Assembly: GCA_965649765.1 (NCBI GenBank)
Contig: OZ287758.1
Coordinates: 36,704,001 to 36,768,000, forward strand
Direction: 5' to 3'
Length of the DNA: 64,000 nucleotides
From: Bispira polyomma
Lineage: Eukaryota
Of the stretch, positions 14,054 to 26,980 are shown piece by piece. The position numbers and the translations under genes are program-made. Position 1 is the first letter of the stretch. Every line of letters starts with the position of its first letter. The notes under the pieces were generated by a model that saw only the letters and a program-made list of their open reading frames with translations, did no database searches and was not told the origin of the DNA.

Positions 14054-14066
14054 GTTGCTAGGCAGT
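14054..14066. promoter_or_regulatory. RFX X-box-like motif upstream of the DCX gene
   Basis: GTTGCTAGGCAG(T), ~130 bp upstream of the ATG; close to the X-box GTTGCTAGGCAAC. Confidence 0.45.
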
Positions 14067-14559
14067 ATGATGCGGGATAAATGGTATAGGCTAAATGACA
14101 TGTTATTCGGCATAAGTCTCGGGCAAAGAATACATAAAATATTCTATCACACCTTGTATTTATAGTACATGCACAAATAACTTAAAATGTGTTGCAATTC
14201 AAAATTTATCTTTACATAGATATTTTAGCATCACGTTTATTTCATACCTTGTAAATATTGTAGTGTTGTTATCCCTTAGATGTATATAACTCCTAAATAT
14301 TTTCTGTAATATGACATTCATTTGTCTCATTCATACCATTTCTATAGGTCTTAAACATCTGGTTAGTTTAAGTTTTAATAAGTTTATCTTTACCAATATT
14401 GACCATTTTTGACTTACTATTTATATTATTGCTTACATTAGAACTATTCTATTTCAAAGCCAATTTTGCACAAGTATAGATGACATAGTAAGTACTAGAA
14501 ATACAACTCTGAAAAAACATTATCAATCTCTTATACATCTGCATGTACAACTGTTAGTC

Positions 14560-16575
14560 ATCACTTATGGAACTATGGTACCTTTTGTGGTTACGTGGAG
14601 GTAATCACCATATTAGCCTGACAGACTTCCTCCAGGCTATTGTGAAATTCTTAAATTCTTTACTATTATAATCCAACAAAACACATCCATATAGTGACAC
14701 AATATGTTTTGAACAATGTAAACCTGACACATGAATTGGCCCTAGAGAATGTAGACTTTATACAGTTTGTTGCTACAGTAAATTTATCCTTAGCCACTTT
14801 AATCATTTAATTTTTATTGTCAGAGCTAATTTGCAGCCCTAAATGAAAAACACTTCTAACAGCTTTACTGACTGTACCATTATGGGTAAAACCAGATATA
14901 TCATCTATGATACTACTTTTACTGAACACTACCAGTTGCTATTTGTCTGGATTAAACTTGATATCAAAATTTGCACCAAATTGGTCACATATCTGTAACT
15001 TTTATAACTATTTTGATACAAGAAACCGTTGGACATAGTAAAATGATATCATCCGCATATCTAAAACTACCCATGTACTTGTTGCCAATATAACACCGTA
15101 CAACACTTTTCTTTATTCTCATCTACAATTCATAAATGTACAATGAAAAAAAATGGGAGACATAAGAACTCCCCGTTTAACTCCATTTGAGACGTTAAAA
15201 TATTTCGACAAATAACTTCCCCATTCAACATTTATCATTTGACACAAATACATATTCATCATTAATTTTGTAACTTGAAGACAAAGAACTTTATTAACCA
15301 AGACCTTAAAAAGTTTTTTATATTGCACATGATCAAATGCTTTACTTGCGTCTTTTACATTAGGTGCATATTTTTACTGTTATTCATATAATACTGATTA
15401 ATTTCATTAATAACAAACATTTTGTTGTGGAATGTTGTGACTGGAAGCCAAACTAATATCTACTTGATTCAAAGACATGCTTATTCAGCTTTAGCAGAAC
15501 TAAATCAAATAGTTAACCAAAAACACTGCCGGGAACAATAGCTTTATAATTAGTAGAACTATTTAATGACTTTATCTTTTCCTTTAAAATAGGAATAATT
15601 GTTGATTTCAACAATTCTTAAGGTATAACACAGTGTTTTAACATTGCACAAAATGCTAATAATATGTAGACAAAAAGTCTGTGTGTCCAATATTTGATAT
15701 TATTGGTACAATACCTGTGATCACTGTCATATTTTCCTAATTTAAGTTTTTTACTTTCACTAATGATATCTTGTACAAATATATTATGATCTGAGTAACA
15801 CTTTCCCTGATTACATATATGTCCAATGTTCTCATCAACTATATTTTCTAAATTTTCATTTTACTTTTATCATATGAGACGCTATTGTATAGTGATTTAT
15901 ACTTATTTTCAAATAATTCATCAATATTTTTCAAATCATTAACACCACCAATACCACATACCACACTACTTTTATGACTGCATTTAGCCCTTTTAATATT
16001 CTTCCAAAAATATTTAGAGTTATTTGCAATTAAAGCATCTGGCAATTTGTTAGCCTTAGTAACATCTTTATTTTTTCACATGTCTGATATCGTAGTGATA
16101 TTGTGCTCTGGTTTTAACCCGCAAATCATAATGATACCACATTTTTTGGACATCCATTTTCCCTTCATATGTTATGCCATAAGGACACTTGTTTTTTTAA
16201 TATGAATACAATTTGCTTTATCCTATCTTGCTGCTGATGAGGGTGTATTTACCTCTTCACCAATATCATTGTATAGGACTGGCAAGTCTAATTGTAATAC
16301 AATGGGACATTGGTCAAACATATTATCTTCTTCATGTAATGACACACACATTTTGAACAATTGAGATTTTTACTGACAATGAAGGGATCAATGGTAAACT
16401 TAAATTGGCATAATTTATTTTACTTTTGTAAGTATAGTCAACATCACAACATTGTAAACTTGTGCAACATTCAAAGCTTTTATTCAAGGCTTTCATTCAT
16501 CTACTATATTAAAAGTACTTTATGTGTAAAGTGTGTTGAGCATATTGCTGATACTTCACATAGTACATGAACACC
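14560..16575 (-). mobile_element. Decayed non-LTR retrotransposon (endonuclease to RT, CR1/L2 group)
   Basis: Minus-strand fragments DASKAFDHVQY, FNVSNGVKRG..MSPIFF, CYIGNKYMGSFRYADDII, NNSKYFWKNIK; many stops and frameshifts. Confidence 0.75.
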
Positions 16576-19500
16576 CTCATTCTCCCCACACCAGTCCCCG
16601 AAAAGGGACCACCTTGACTGATACATTTTTCTGGATGTTTCCCTCTGAGGTGCCTTAATTCTGTCTTCCACCTCAACTGAGAATCTTTCAGAACTTAGCT
16701 TTGCCACTGGAAATACCAAACATGAAGATTAAGAAACCCTATATTACTGTGGAATTTGTTGTTGAAGGGTTGTTTCAACAGCAATTCCAATTGTGGCAGA
16801 GCTAGTGGAGGCCTTACAGAGAGATCCAACAGATCCCAAAACCATGGCATCCATGGCCACCCTGTTGCTCCCACTAGCGTCCGACAATGGTAAGTGATTA
16901 TCTTTTGAATCACCAGCGACAGAACTGCAACTGGACAATAAACCTAGCCGTCCAGACCCTCCCAAGAGATGTTCAATGCATCTACTGCCCAAGCTTGACT
17001 GTCTGGGACAGGAGATACATAAAGTGATAGCTTGTTGTTGAGCTTGATCGCAAACATGTCTAACATTGGCCTGTGCCACCTTTTGCAAATTGCATTAAAC
17101 ACCCTATAGTGAAGAGACCACTCAGTCTGAATAGTCTTGTCCCTCCTTGACAAGAAGTCGGCAATCACATTCAGACTTCCAATAACATGCCTGGCTCTTA
17201 TCTGTATGCCCCTGGCATTCGTCCATACCATGAGCCTCCAGACAAGCAGACACATTTCTATGGAATGTGTCCCCCCTTGTTTGTTGACATAAGACACCAC
17301 TGTGGTGTTGTCTGATGCCACCAGAACAACTTTGCTCTGAACCCGAGGCTGGAAACCCTTCAGGGCCAGAAATACGTCCTTCATCTCTGACAGAATTATG
17401 TGGAGATGAAATTCTGAGGGGCTCGATAGACCTCTTGCACTTAGGCTTCCTATGTGAGCGCCCTAACCCTTCTGTGAGACATCTGCGACCAACAGAACAC
17501 TGTGTTCTTCCGGATAAAGTGGAGAACCCTTCAAAAGGTTCCTATGGTTCCACCATTCCAGATGAGTCAGCAAAATTGACTCAACTGGAATCCTCACATT
17601 CAGAGACTGGTTGTAATTCCATTATTTCCTGAGATACCATTGGAAAGGCCTCATACGAATTATTGCTTCCTTGGAATAATGAAGTTTGACCTTTGAATAG
17701 AGACAATGTGATCTTTGAGTATAGTACATTTATTGTCGGTTGGAAAAAAGAGATCGTTTTTGAGTTCGACATGGTTTCCCAAGAAATTGAGTTTTTGAGT
17801 CGGAACAAGTTCTGACTTTTTGAAATTTATCAGCCAACCTAATCTTTGAATTAATCCTAGCAGTTCCTGCATTTTGAGAAGACAAAGAACTCGAGATTTT
17901 GTCCTTAATAGCCAGTCGTCGTGATACTGGACTATTCGGAGAGTGTGAGCCAAAGCTAAAAACTTTACTTCTTTCACAACGCCAGTGAACTCAAGAGGGG
18001 CCGTCGCCAAGCCGAATGGAAGAGCTACAAACTGGAAAGCCTGATCTGCTACCTGAAATCTCAGGTTTTTTTGACAAGTTTGATGAATGGGTATGTGAAA
18101 ATACGCATCCGTGAGATCTATCGATATGACCCACTCGCTCCTGACCAACGACTTCCCAATCGACCGTTTCCATTTTGAATGTTGGAATATTAAGAAATCT
18201 GTTCACTACACTCAAATCTATCACTGGTCTCCATTTGTTTTTGGGATTTAGAACTAGAAACAAGCGACTGTAAAACCTAGTGAAGTGCTCTTTGCAACTA
18301 TTGCCTTTTTATCTAAGATATCTCTCACCGCCTTTAGAAGTAACTTGTGCTTTTGAGAATCCGAATAATTGCTTATTATGGTTAAAACCCGAGCAAAAGG
18401 TGGCTGAATCCGAAAATCCAGGCAATAGCCATGTTGCAACATGAAGACTACACTTGGATGTACTTGAAAATGTTTCCATACCTGATAAAAACCTTTTAAA
18501 TGTTCTCCTGCTCGCAAGATGGCATGATAGTCAATTTCGTCTTCCTCATGAGCCACGAAAAGAAGAGGGAGCATTCGATTGGTATACTGGTTTGGCAGTC
18601 TGCTGCTGGCTGAACTGACGATAAGCCCCGGATTTCTTTAGAGGCTATTGTGTGTTAGGCCTGGCATAAGACTTCTGGTTGTGAGCACGACCATCTCTTC
18701 TATTATATCTATTATTCTCTTCTAGTGTTTTTCCACCTTGGACTAAACATTTGTAGGAAAAACTTCCTTTGAGACAAAAGGGCAGACCTAAGTAAGTTCA
18801 AATCTTCAGAGGAGACCTGATCATGGCAAATCTTAAGATAGGCGTCTCCTCTTTTCAGTAGCAAATTGCAGGCCAATGTCATGTTATGAGATGAAATAGT
18901 CTTAAGTCCAGTATCCAATGAGACAGTAATCAAGGAATAAAGCTGAGTAAAATGGTCTAACAAATCCAATTTCTCAATAAAAACATCCCTGGTTGTACAA
19001 ATTCCTACTTCAGCAGATAACTGTGCAATCCTTGAGTTAATTTCTTGTAAGGCCAAGCTGAACCAAGAAGCATGGCCTAAAAACATTTTTCCTTGCTGCC
19101 ATCTCTTGAGTCAGGTACTGTTTACTTGGAGTGAAAATGTGAGGAGCTGAACAACTTCTTGCTATATTTGCAAATCCATAAGGCAACCTGAGTGGAGTTA
19201 ATGAAATGGCTATCGAGTTGTGGTATACCATTTCATGGCTGGCTTATCAAAAGATAATAAGAAGTGTCCCTTGGCAAGAGGCTGAGGCTCCAAGCTGCCT
19301 GATAAATCTCTTCCAGAAGCTTTCCTCTGCCTCTAATTCCATGCATCTTCCATGTTAGCAGCTGGGGGAAAAACTAAGGCTGATAAAGTGGACGGTTTCT
19401 TTGAAGGCTTGTTATTAAAGACAGAAGGAGGTGGTGACACCTCAGGAATCTGTACTGACAGTCCTAACAACTTTCTGACTGCCACCAACATTTCCGAGTA

Positions 19501-20360
19501 AAAAGTGTCAATCTCTGGTTCAGAATAAGTCCTATCACCCTCCTGGACTGGAGAGAACGAACTAGATCTCTTCCTCTGTACACTCTCAGACCCGTAAAAT
19601 TCACCAGACTCCTTATCTGATCCCTTAGTAGAAATTTTGTCATGGCTTCTGGGATGATGTTCAGGGTTATGTGGAACTAAAGATTGCTTGTCAGAACAAT
19701 GTAGTAAAGAGCCATGGCCTCCTGACAAAAAATGGGCACCTACACTTTTATGGCCTGTTGCAAAATTATGTGCTCCAGTCCCTTCATGGGTTAAAGCAAA
19801 ATCATGCCCCTGAGGGTTCTGTGGAAGCCTTAGTTGCAGATCTGTGGGTGCTAGGCCCAGTAGTAGCAGCAGTAGAAGATTTAGTATTGTTAGCTGGCTT
19901 TTAATGAGTGCCAGGCACTAGCGCCTGCAAAAACATCCCCACCACTAAACAAACCATCTAAAGTCTCTGTAGGGCATTTAGCCAAGTCCGTCTTCGACTC
20001 CGATTTAGAAGATGCAGAATTGGGCCTTTAAGATACTTTTGACTTATGAGATTCCCCCCCCCCCCTCATACCTACATCTAATACACGCATCATGCTCATC
20101 CCAAGCCAGAAGCCAATGCTTACAAATAAGACATTGTCTCTTAATCACTGAAGAACCATCTTCCGCCATTGTTTGAAAAAAACACCTTCAAAATGATTTC
20201 CAAAATGGCTGTATACACCTTGACGGTCAAAAATAATGTGAGGATTTAAATGAGGTCACATGACCTTCTTATTATTGGGCTGATTAGTATACCACTGAAC
20301 CTATATTCAAAATATTCTGTATCATGACACCTATAATCAAAATGATGTTGACGAATTTGT
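16575..20360 (-). mobile_element. DIRS1-type tyrosine-recombinase retrotransposon, 3'-truncated and decayed
   Basis: Gag N-terminus from ATG 20169 (MAEDGSSVIKRQCLICKH...DEHDACIRC); RT (WRPVIDL, SIDLTDAYFHIPI, LPFGLATAP, QYHDDWL); RNase H (SDNTTVVSYVNKQGGTHS, GSLNVIADFLSR); methyltransferase-like domain (EWSL..DMFA..NNKL..YVSP.PD..A.AVDA); start of YR (RKMYQSRWSLFGDWC), then truncation. Confidence 0.9.
16695..18574 (-). pseudogene. DIRS pol (RT-RNase H-methyltransferase), frameshifted
   Basis: ORF pieces 18254-18574, 17991-18263, 17660-18148, 16944-17384 and 16695-16913 join into one RT/RH/MT polyprotein. Confidence 0.85.
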
Positions 20361-20438
20361 AAGATAACTATTGAACAAAAATCAATAAATGAATTAACAT
20401 TCTAATACCAATCAAATTGTAACAGTATGTGATTCTGT

Positions 20439-21050
20439 GTTCTTGGGGACCAGATCTTTAGAGTGATATATCTGCTAGTCTTTTTTGTCATTTCTAAGGA
20501 TCTCAAACCTAGCACCTCATTCATTATCCTCATATAAATGTAGGATTACAAGACATTCAGAGTCATAGCACTTGGACGTCTGGAAATATATCGCACAAGA
20601 TTCCAACCTCTCATTACAAGTAGCTCATGCCTTTCCGAAACTTTTGTCCCCAGCTTCTACCCCCTATTATAATATATTTACATTCTATTACATATAGTTA
20701 TTTAACGTTAATGTTCCCGGTCAACTACTTTTACCAAATTTTAACTTATACTTTATATATCACTCAGTTTGTGACTCATGCTGACCTAAAGACTTAACCA
20801 ACAGTATCAGCTAAGTTAATCCTAAAGTCGCGTTAACCATTTAAGGTAAGCTCAACTTATGTTTGATAGATTGCTTAGATGCCACCTAAGGTTACCTTAA
20901 GTTGAAGTTATTGTATTCAGGTTAACCGTAAACTCATGAAAACCTTTAATTAAGCTTAAACTCAGGTATGGTGGCCTTAAGTTTCAGCATGTAAATAGGT
21001 TTTAGACTTAACATAGTAAATAAACTTATTTACCCCACGTGCTCCTCTGA
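20439..21050 (+). mobile_element. Internally deleted Ngaro-like derivative (5' motif + YR C-terminus + 3' UTR)
   Basis: GTTCTTGGGGACCAGATCT resembles 52953 GTTCTGGGGGACCAGTCT; 20531-20632 reads HINVGLQDIQSHSTWTS/WKYIAQDSNLSLQVAHAF, similar to YR end NVNIQDRQRHGTWTSDCVWRYITDSAQTGFQVADSF; same downstream palindrome array. Confidence 0.6.
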
Positions 21051-21733
21051 ATGTCTTCAAGGTCAAATTATCAAGGTAACTGCAATGCCCTATTTTACTG
21101 AGTTTATAATAAATAATTAGAAAGGGCAAGATATGTTTTACTACATATCTTACTCTGCAGGAATACAACTAAAACTCGGCTTAATAGACTACAATGTAGC
21201 CTATAATAGCAGTCTGAACTTATTATTGGTGGTACTGCACCACTTCATACCCGAGACCATTTAGTATATCGTCTTGTATGAAATACTAAAATTATCGATG
21301 AAAAGAAATAAACTTACAAATAGAAATTGGCTCTTTTCAATCGGAGTGGGCATGAACTGGGCCCTGTGTGAACTGGTACAGTACCACTATATGGAGTTTT
21401 TGTTTGGTGTAAAGGGCTTTACAGACCGCCCACGACATGGAACAACATTTTTTGGAGAGATTTATCCATGGCCAATTGCAGTGTCGTGCAGGAACCAATC
21501 TAAATAATCAATATATATTGTTTTGGTTCTATTTTATGTCGTGTCGTGTGGTGGGCAGTTTGTAAAGCCCTTAAGGATAGGTAATAATAGTATTATCCAG
21601 GCACTGTGTAACAGCTCCTTTTTAAGGCTTCAATGTTAATGTGTGTACTTCTAATTCTAAAATGTTTTGTCAAGATAGTTCAGATTGACTAAAGAATAGT
21701 TTGCTTGTTAACATGTATCTCAATTGTTTTAGT

Positions 21734-21985
21734 GGGGGCCGCGGTGGCCTAGTGGTTAGCAAGCATTGCGCTTTACAATCGCTGGTCTCCCACCTCTGGG
21801 ATCGGCTGGCGTGGGTTCGACTCCGGTCGATGCCTATGTGGGAAAGGTAGTAGTTTCTTACCATAGGTTTCAGTGCAGAACCTTGATCAACTGTATGCAG
21901 TGTTTCCTCCTGCGTTTCCAAATATCCGTCCCAATATAACCTAAACAGGTACTAGAGTGGACATTAAATATCTCAATTAAAAAAA
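21734..21985 (+). mobile_element. Full-length tRNA-derived SINE (Meta-SINE-like 3' part)
   Basis: A box TGGCCTAGTGG, B box GTTCGACTCC, A-tail, 15-bp TSD CTCAATTGTTTTAGT / CTCCATTGTTTTAGT; copies at 39950-40164 and 52311-52607. Confidence 0.85.
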
Positions 21986-23557
21986 CTCCATTGTTTTAGT
22001 ATTTCCACACACCCAGATTTTGCTATTGTATGACTGTGGACTGAGGGTGTAAAATAAATGTATCATTTTTGTTATTGACTTATGGTCACACTCTGATGGA
22101 GGATGTTTATGCACTTTTTGTCCAATATAGATAAATCAAAATAAAATTAATTCTTTTAAATATATCTTTTGGTCAATTGATTTGGAGTGCAAATATTAAT
22201 TTCCATAAATTTCGAACAAATACTGATAATTAATTATATTTAATTTCCCATAGCTTACAAAAAGCTGAGGGAAATTTTAGTTCCAGCTAAAATATCCGCT
22301 GTTACACTATCCCCAGACGGTGGCGAAAAAGAGAAAAAAAAAAGAAAAAAAAAGTTTTAAAAGGTGAAGTTACAAAAAGTTGGAAATATACTAAATTTGA
22401 GTTTAAAAGGGAGGAAGGAAAGCTTTTTTCCTGCTCGCGTTTAAAAAGTTGTAGCAAAAAATAATTTGAAACTTTAAACTGTGACAGCTGACCTTTTTAC
22501 CGTGTTGATGTCTACCAAAATGCATTAGTTGACCTAAAAATTTATGCTTAATTAAGTCAGATTTGTATTCCCTTCCACATCCAACTGACTGAAAGCTTAA
22601 AGTAACATAACAATTTATATCATTACAATATCTTCCTTATGTAAATTATACTTTTCCTTCACAGGCCTGTTACTAGTGGTACTTTTATAAACCATGTATA
22701 TTGGAATACTTTTGCCATGGTACTAGTATCACAAGCTTGCTGACAATGATCATAATATATAGCTTCAAAATATTTTATATTTTTAACATGCTCTATTAAT
22801 GTGGGCATCTTCTATAGCCATCTTCTATAGAGTCCACCAATTATTTGTCCTACAACAAAGCCTCAGTTGCATAGCCTGTGTCGTAATCCGTAGGCAATGG
22901 CATGTTTACATCTTTGTCAAGGATGTAATTCACCAAAGCGACATTAGCAGGCGTCAAACTGGGAACCTTGTGATCACTAGAGCAATTCCCTAACCACTAG
23001 GTTATGGGAGACCACAAGCAAATAAGAACGTATTGAGTTGAATGCCCCGTTTGCAGTTATAAGAGTTTAAAAAAACTTGGTGCCCAATAAAAAGCTCCAA
23101 CCATACAGTTTGCATATCTTAAAAAGTGGAAATTGTGAAAAGGAGATATTTGGCAGGCCAGATCATTTTCTTTCTTACTACACCTCTATTTTCAAAACAA
23201 TCATTAGTAAGGATTCCCACGATAACATATATCATTCTTTACCTTGGCCAAGGAGGTTATGTTGTAGCCCATGTCTGTTGGTTTTTTTTTAGCAGGATTG
23301 AGCATGGAATACTGAACCAATTTTGACCAAACTTTGTATAGATGTAGGACATAAGCCAGTGACGAAACCAATACTTTTGGGGCAGATCCATAGATATAGC
23401 TGAGTACTTGCTGTGTAATTAAATGAGTATTTCCCTGATGCCTCAAAAACTACCACAAAATGGGTGTTTTGGTCTACTTTTGATATATGCTGTCAATTGG
23501 TCAACTTTCAGTTTTGTACCCCAAGGTTTGTGTTCTACTGGGTGATCAGGTTTTTAT

Positions 23558-23996
23558 TTTTTTCATTCTGATAAGGTCGCCGCAATCTTAGAAACAATAT
23601 GTATGGCCTTCATGGATTGGTTGAAAGCAATGGACCCGGCCAAACTGTGTCAAAATAATATTTGTAAGGGTGCCAAGGTGGGCCTGTTCGTGAAACTTTT
23701 GAGTTGTATGTGCTAGCAATCTGGTGCCTGTGCCAAAATAAGGTCATTGTAACAATATACATCAGTATATTGTGTGACAAGATTGTTTTTCATTCTGAAA
23801 AGGACGCCGCCATCTTAAAAAAAATATGAAAGGCCTTTGTCAATTAGTTTAAACCAAAAAAAACCCGGCTAAACTTTGTCAGAATAATATTTGTAAGAGA
23901 GCTAAGCGGGCTGTATTGAACTTTTGAGTTGTATGTGCTAGCATTCCGGTGTATGTGCCAAAATAAGGTCATTGCAACAATATACATTAATATATA
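23558..23996 (+). repeat. Tandem duplication, ~228-bp unit x2
   Basis: TTTTCATTCTGA.AAGG.CGCCGC.ATCTTA...CTTTTGAGTTGTATGTGCTAGCA...GTGCCAAAATAAGGTCATTG.AACAATATACAT occurs twice. Confidence 0.8.
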
Positions 23997-24132
23997 TAAT
24001 ATGACATGATATGGTAAAGTAAAACGGTGAGGTGCCTGGTGGTACTATTTCTTACTTATTTCTTACTTACTTTTTCCATAACAAGCGCGGCAATGAGCAA
24101 CAGGGTAAAATTTTGACATACATCTAATACGT

Positions 24133-24331
24133 CACACTGGAATATAGTGGCCATATCAATATTAGTGTATTTCACAGTGTACGTGCCTGTGTATATAGTG
24201 GCCATATCAATGTTGGTGTTTTTCATACTGTGCACTTAAGTATATATTGGCCATATCAATGTTAGTGTATTTCACACTGTACGTGCCTTTGTATATAGTG
24301 GCCATATCAATGTTAGCGTATTTCACACTGT
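24133..24331 (+). repeat. Minisatellite, ~51-bp unit x4
   Basis: GGCCATATCAAT at 24149, 24200, 24249 and 24300. Confidence 0.85.
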
Positions 24332-25144
24332 TTGTATTTTTTAAAAGACAACTCTTGTCCCTAATGTCTTTTTATACACACATCAGCCATGACATACACA
24401 TCCTGACAAACCAAACACCCCAAATTGAACAAAACACAGACTTGTTATAAGCAGCTGGTAGAAATGAGCTTTTAGGGAATCGGATTGTTGTTGTAGGTAG
24501 TTTCACTTTTTTCTTACAGACTAGTGTGTTTGTTTTAAACCGTCATCGTCTTAACAGATACTATGGAAGCCAAGTTAAGACATGGCAGGAAAAGATAGCC
24601 TCACAATACTAACCATTACAAATGTAGTGCTTTCTGACTTTAAAGGCTGGTTAAAGGGGCTCTCTTACAAATGGGGGTTTGAATCCCTCTTTTTTTGTAG
24701 GGAAGTTTGTCCGGTACTTGCCATAGGCCAGTGGCATCGCAGTTGTTAACACCTAGGTCTATTGCAGTTATGAGTGATTAAAACGTTACATGCTGCAGAA
24801 TGTATATGTGCACAGTTATAGCCAATTAGTTGTCTTTCAACGGAGCTACAAAAAGACCTTCAGATGCAAGGAAATTATACCCAACTAACACCAGTAACTC
24901 TCATTCCCCTAACTGAAGAGAGAGAGGCTTAAGGTTGACCCTTTATCGATGTCAACAAGGATCTTTAGCCTGCCACTGGGGATAGGATCCAATAAAACAG
25001 ACCACTATTTTAAGTGGACATACGAGTCACTAATTGTGTCTGCATGTACCTAGTAGGCTCCAGGCTGGTATAGAACCCAGGTCCGCCATGTTTTATGTTT
25101 TTAAGTGAATCACTTACTCATTAGGCTACAGATTGTATTGTATA

Positions 25145-25375
25145 GTATTTTGCATTTTAACATGCTTTATTGGTGCAAGGCATCTTCTAAAGCGCAACAC
25201 CAGAATCAATTCGCCAATCGAAAAGTCCATTGAGTCCACATAGCCAGGTGGTAAGGACAGATGTGGAGAAGTACAGAGTGAGGGATTAATGGGGGTTAGG
25301 CGAGTTTGAAGAGATAGGTTTGAAGTTTTGTCCTAAATTTAGTGTTTTCAGTGATGTAATCTCAATTGGGAGACT
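25145..25375 (-). mobile_element. L2-type LINE 3' end, related to 11345-11867
   Basis: Shares GGCATCTTCTAAAGCGCAACA.CAGAATCA and the KTYLF-coding segment with the 11.4-kb copy. Confidence 0.65.
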
Positions 25376-26365
25376 ATATATTTATGACTCTACAAGAGAG
25401 AGAGAAAGAGAGGAACATATTATAAGAAAAGGGTATATCTATCAATGTAGTTATACAATTAGGATACACCAGCGTAAGCAAACAACTAAAATCCAGCTAT
25501 TTTTTACCAAGCTGACACCCCTGGGCATAATTCAAGTTGAACAAGAGTGGGTTTGTAAATACGACACTTATTGCATCAGAAATTTTACTCTCGGTAAAAA
25601 ATAATACTTTAGATGGTTTGTGATTGCCACTCCACAAACAGGTCTTTTTTATTACATGTCAAACTTTAGGGAGAAAGAAAATAATACGGCTTAAAAAAAC
25701 TTGTGCAAGTTGAAGTAAATGTACAAACAAAGCAATGAAGTTTGGATGTAAACACTTTGTAATACCTGCCATATGATTGGCTTGTAGAAAATAAGCCATT
25801 AACAAGGGTCAAGAGTATAGCGGCACAACCATAGGAATTGTCTAGTTTAAGGGAGTTAGTGCATAGATCTACAAATATATAGAGAAAGAGCAGGCTGACC
25901 ATTGTGGATTCGATGGGTGCTTACAGAATAGTGACCTGAACATCCCACCTTTTTCGTCCCGACCACCCCATCTCAAAAATTGGGACCATTTTGCCGAGCG
26001 AACTTGAATGTGGAACCACCACTTAACCCAGAGATGAATTCTGTTATGCAGCCAATATTTGTTTGAGACAGCTGCAAAATGATGAACTTACATAGGACAC
26101 ATGTAAACCACTCGAATGTAAAGATGCCACAAAAATAATAGATGTTCATTGGATGTTGCATAAACTAGATACATAAACATGTTCTTAAGAGTGTTTTTAG
26201 ACTACACCTTAATCTAAACCAAGCATAAAAAATATAGACACAGTTGTAACCAAAAGGGATAACATACTATTTACTTTGATAAGGTCAGATATTGACTGTG
26301 AAGTACTGGCCAGATTCATACTGACTTCATAGGGACCATCAGGATTTTTTGGTTTACTTACCACT

Positions 26366-26557
26366 ATGGCTAACATTGCTGTAACATCTCTGACCCAGAC
26401 TGTGTTAGTTCTGCTATTGTGTCCAAAGATTGAGGTTAAGACAACCGGAAAGACCGGGATAGGTCTAGAACTCTTGGTTACCTCCAACAGAGAGTTCTAT
26501 CACAAGTGGCATTTACCTCTGACTGGTAGATGTCCAAGCTGGCTAACAGGTACACTG
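26366..26557 (+). CDS. Carotenoid oxygenase (BCO/BCOL-like) exon 1
   Basis: MANIAVTSLTQTVLVLLLCPK...LTGRCPSWLTGTL ends at CTG|GTAAGT and joins in phase 0 to IKNGPG at 29195, rebuilding the family motif G..P.WL.GTL.(R/K)NGPG. Confidence 0.85.
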
Positions 26558-26980
26558 GTAAGTGGTCTTTGTCTACTCTTTAAAGAAAGTGACATTGTAT
26601 TGTATATTTACTAATAGAGCATTTGTCCCAATATCATCCATTACAGCACAGTTACATTGTGGTAGTTTGAAATTGCAAATTTTAATTGGATAATATTTTC
26701 ATTTGAGATTACCAGGAATTAGCTATCTTAGTAACTTTTTTTTAATTTTTCAGTTAATTGCACAATTATATTTCTTTCTGAAGTCTTTTAGGTATTTTTT
26801 GTCCAATTATATTTTTTTTCTTTAAACTTTGTATCAGTATTTAAACTTTGTATCAGTAATTCACAACAACAGTATTTAAACTTTCCCAACAGTATTTAAA
26901 CTTTGTATCAGTAATTCACAACAAATGCCAAATAACACAAAATAATAGATTTGCTAAATTTGGAACTAGTGTACAAAGTT

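Noticed and set aside
16744-17088. Independent 114-aa gene
   Set aside because: Alternative frame overlapping the DIRS MT region, as expected from DIRS overlapping ORF organisation.
21734-21830. tRNA gene
   Set aside because: A and B boxes are present but run into a SINE body with A-tail and TSD; several dispersed copies.
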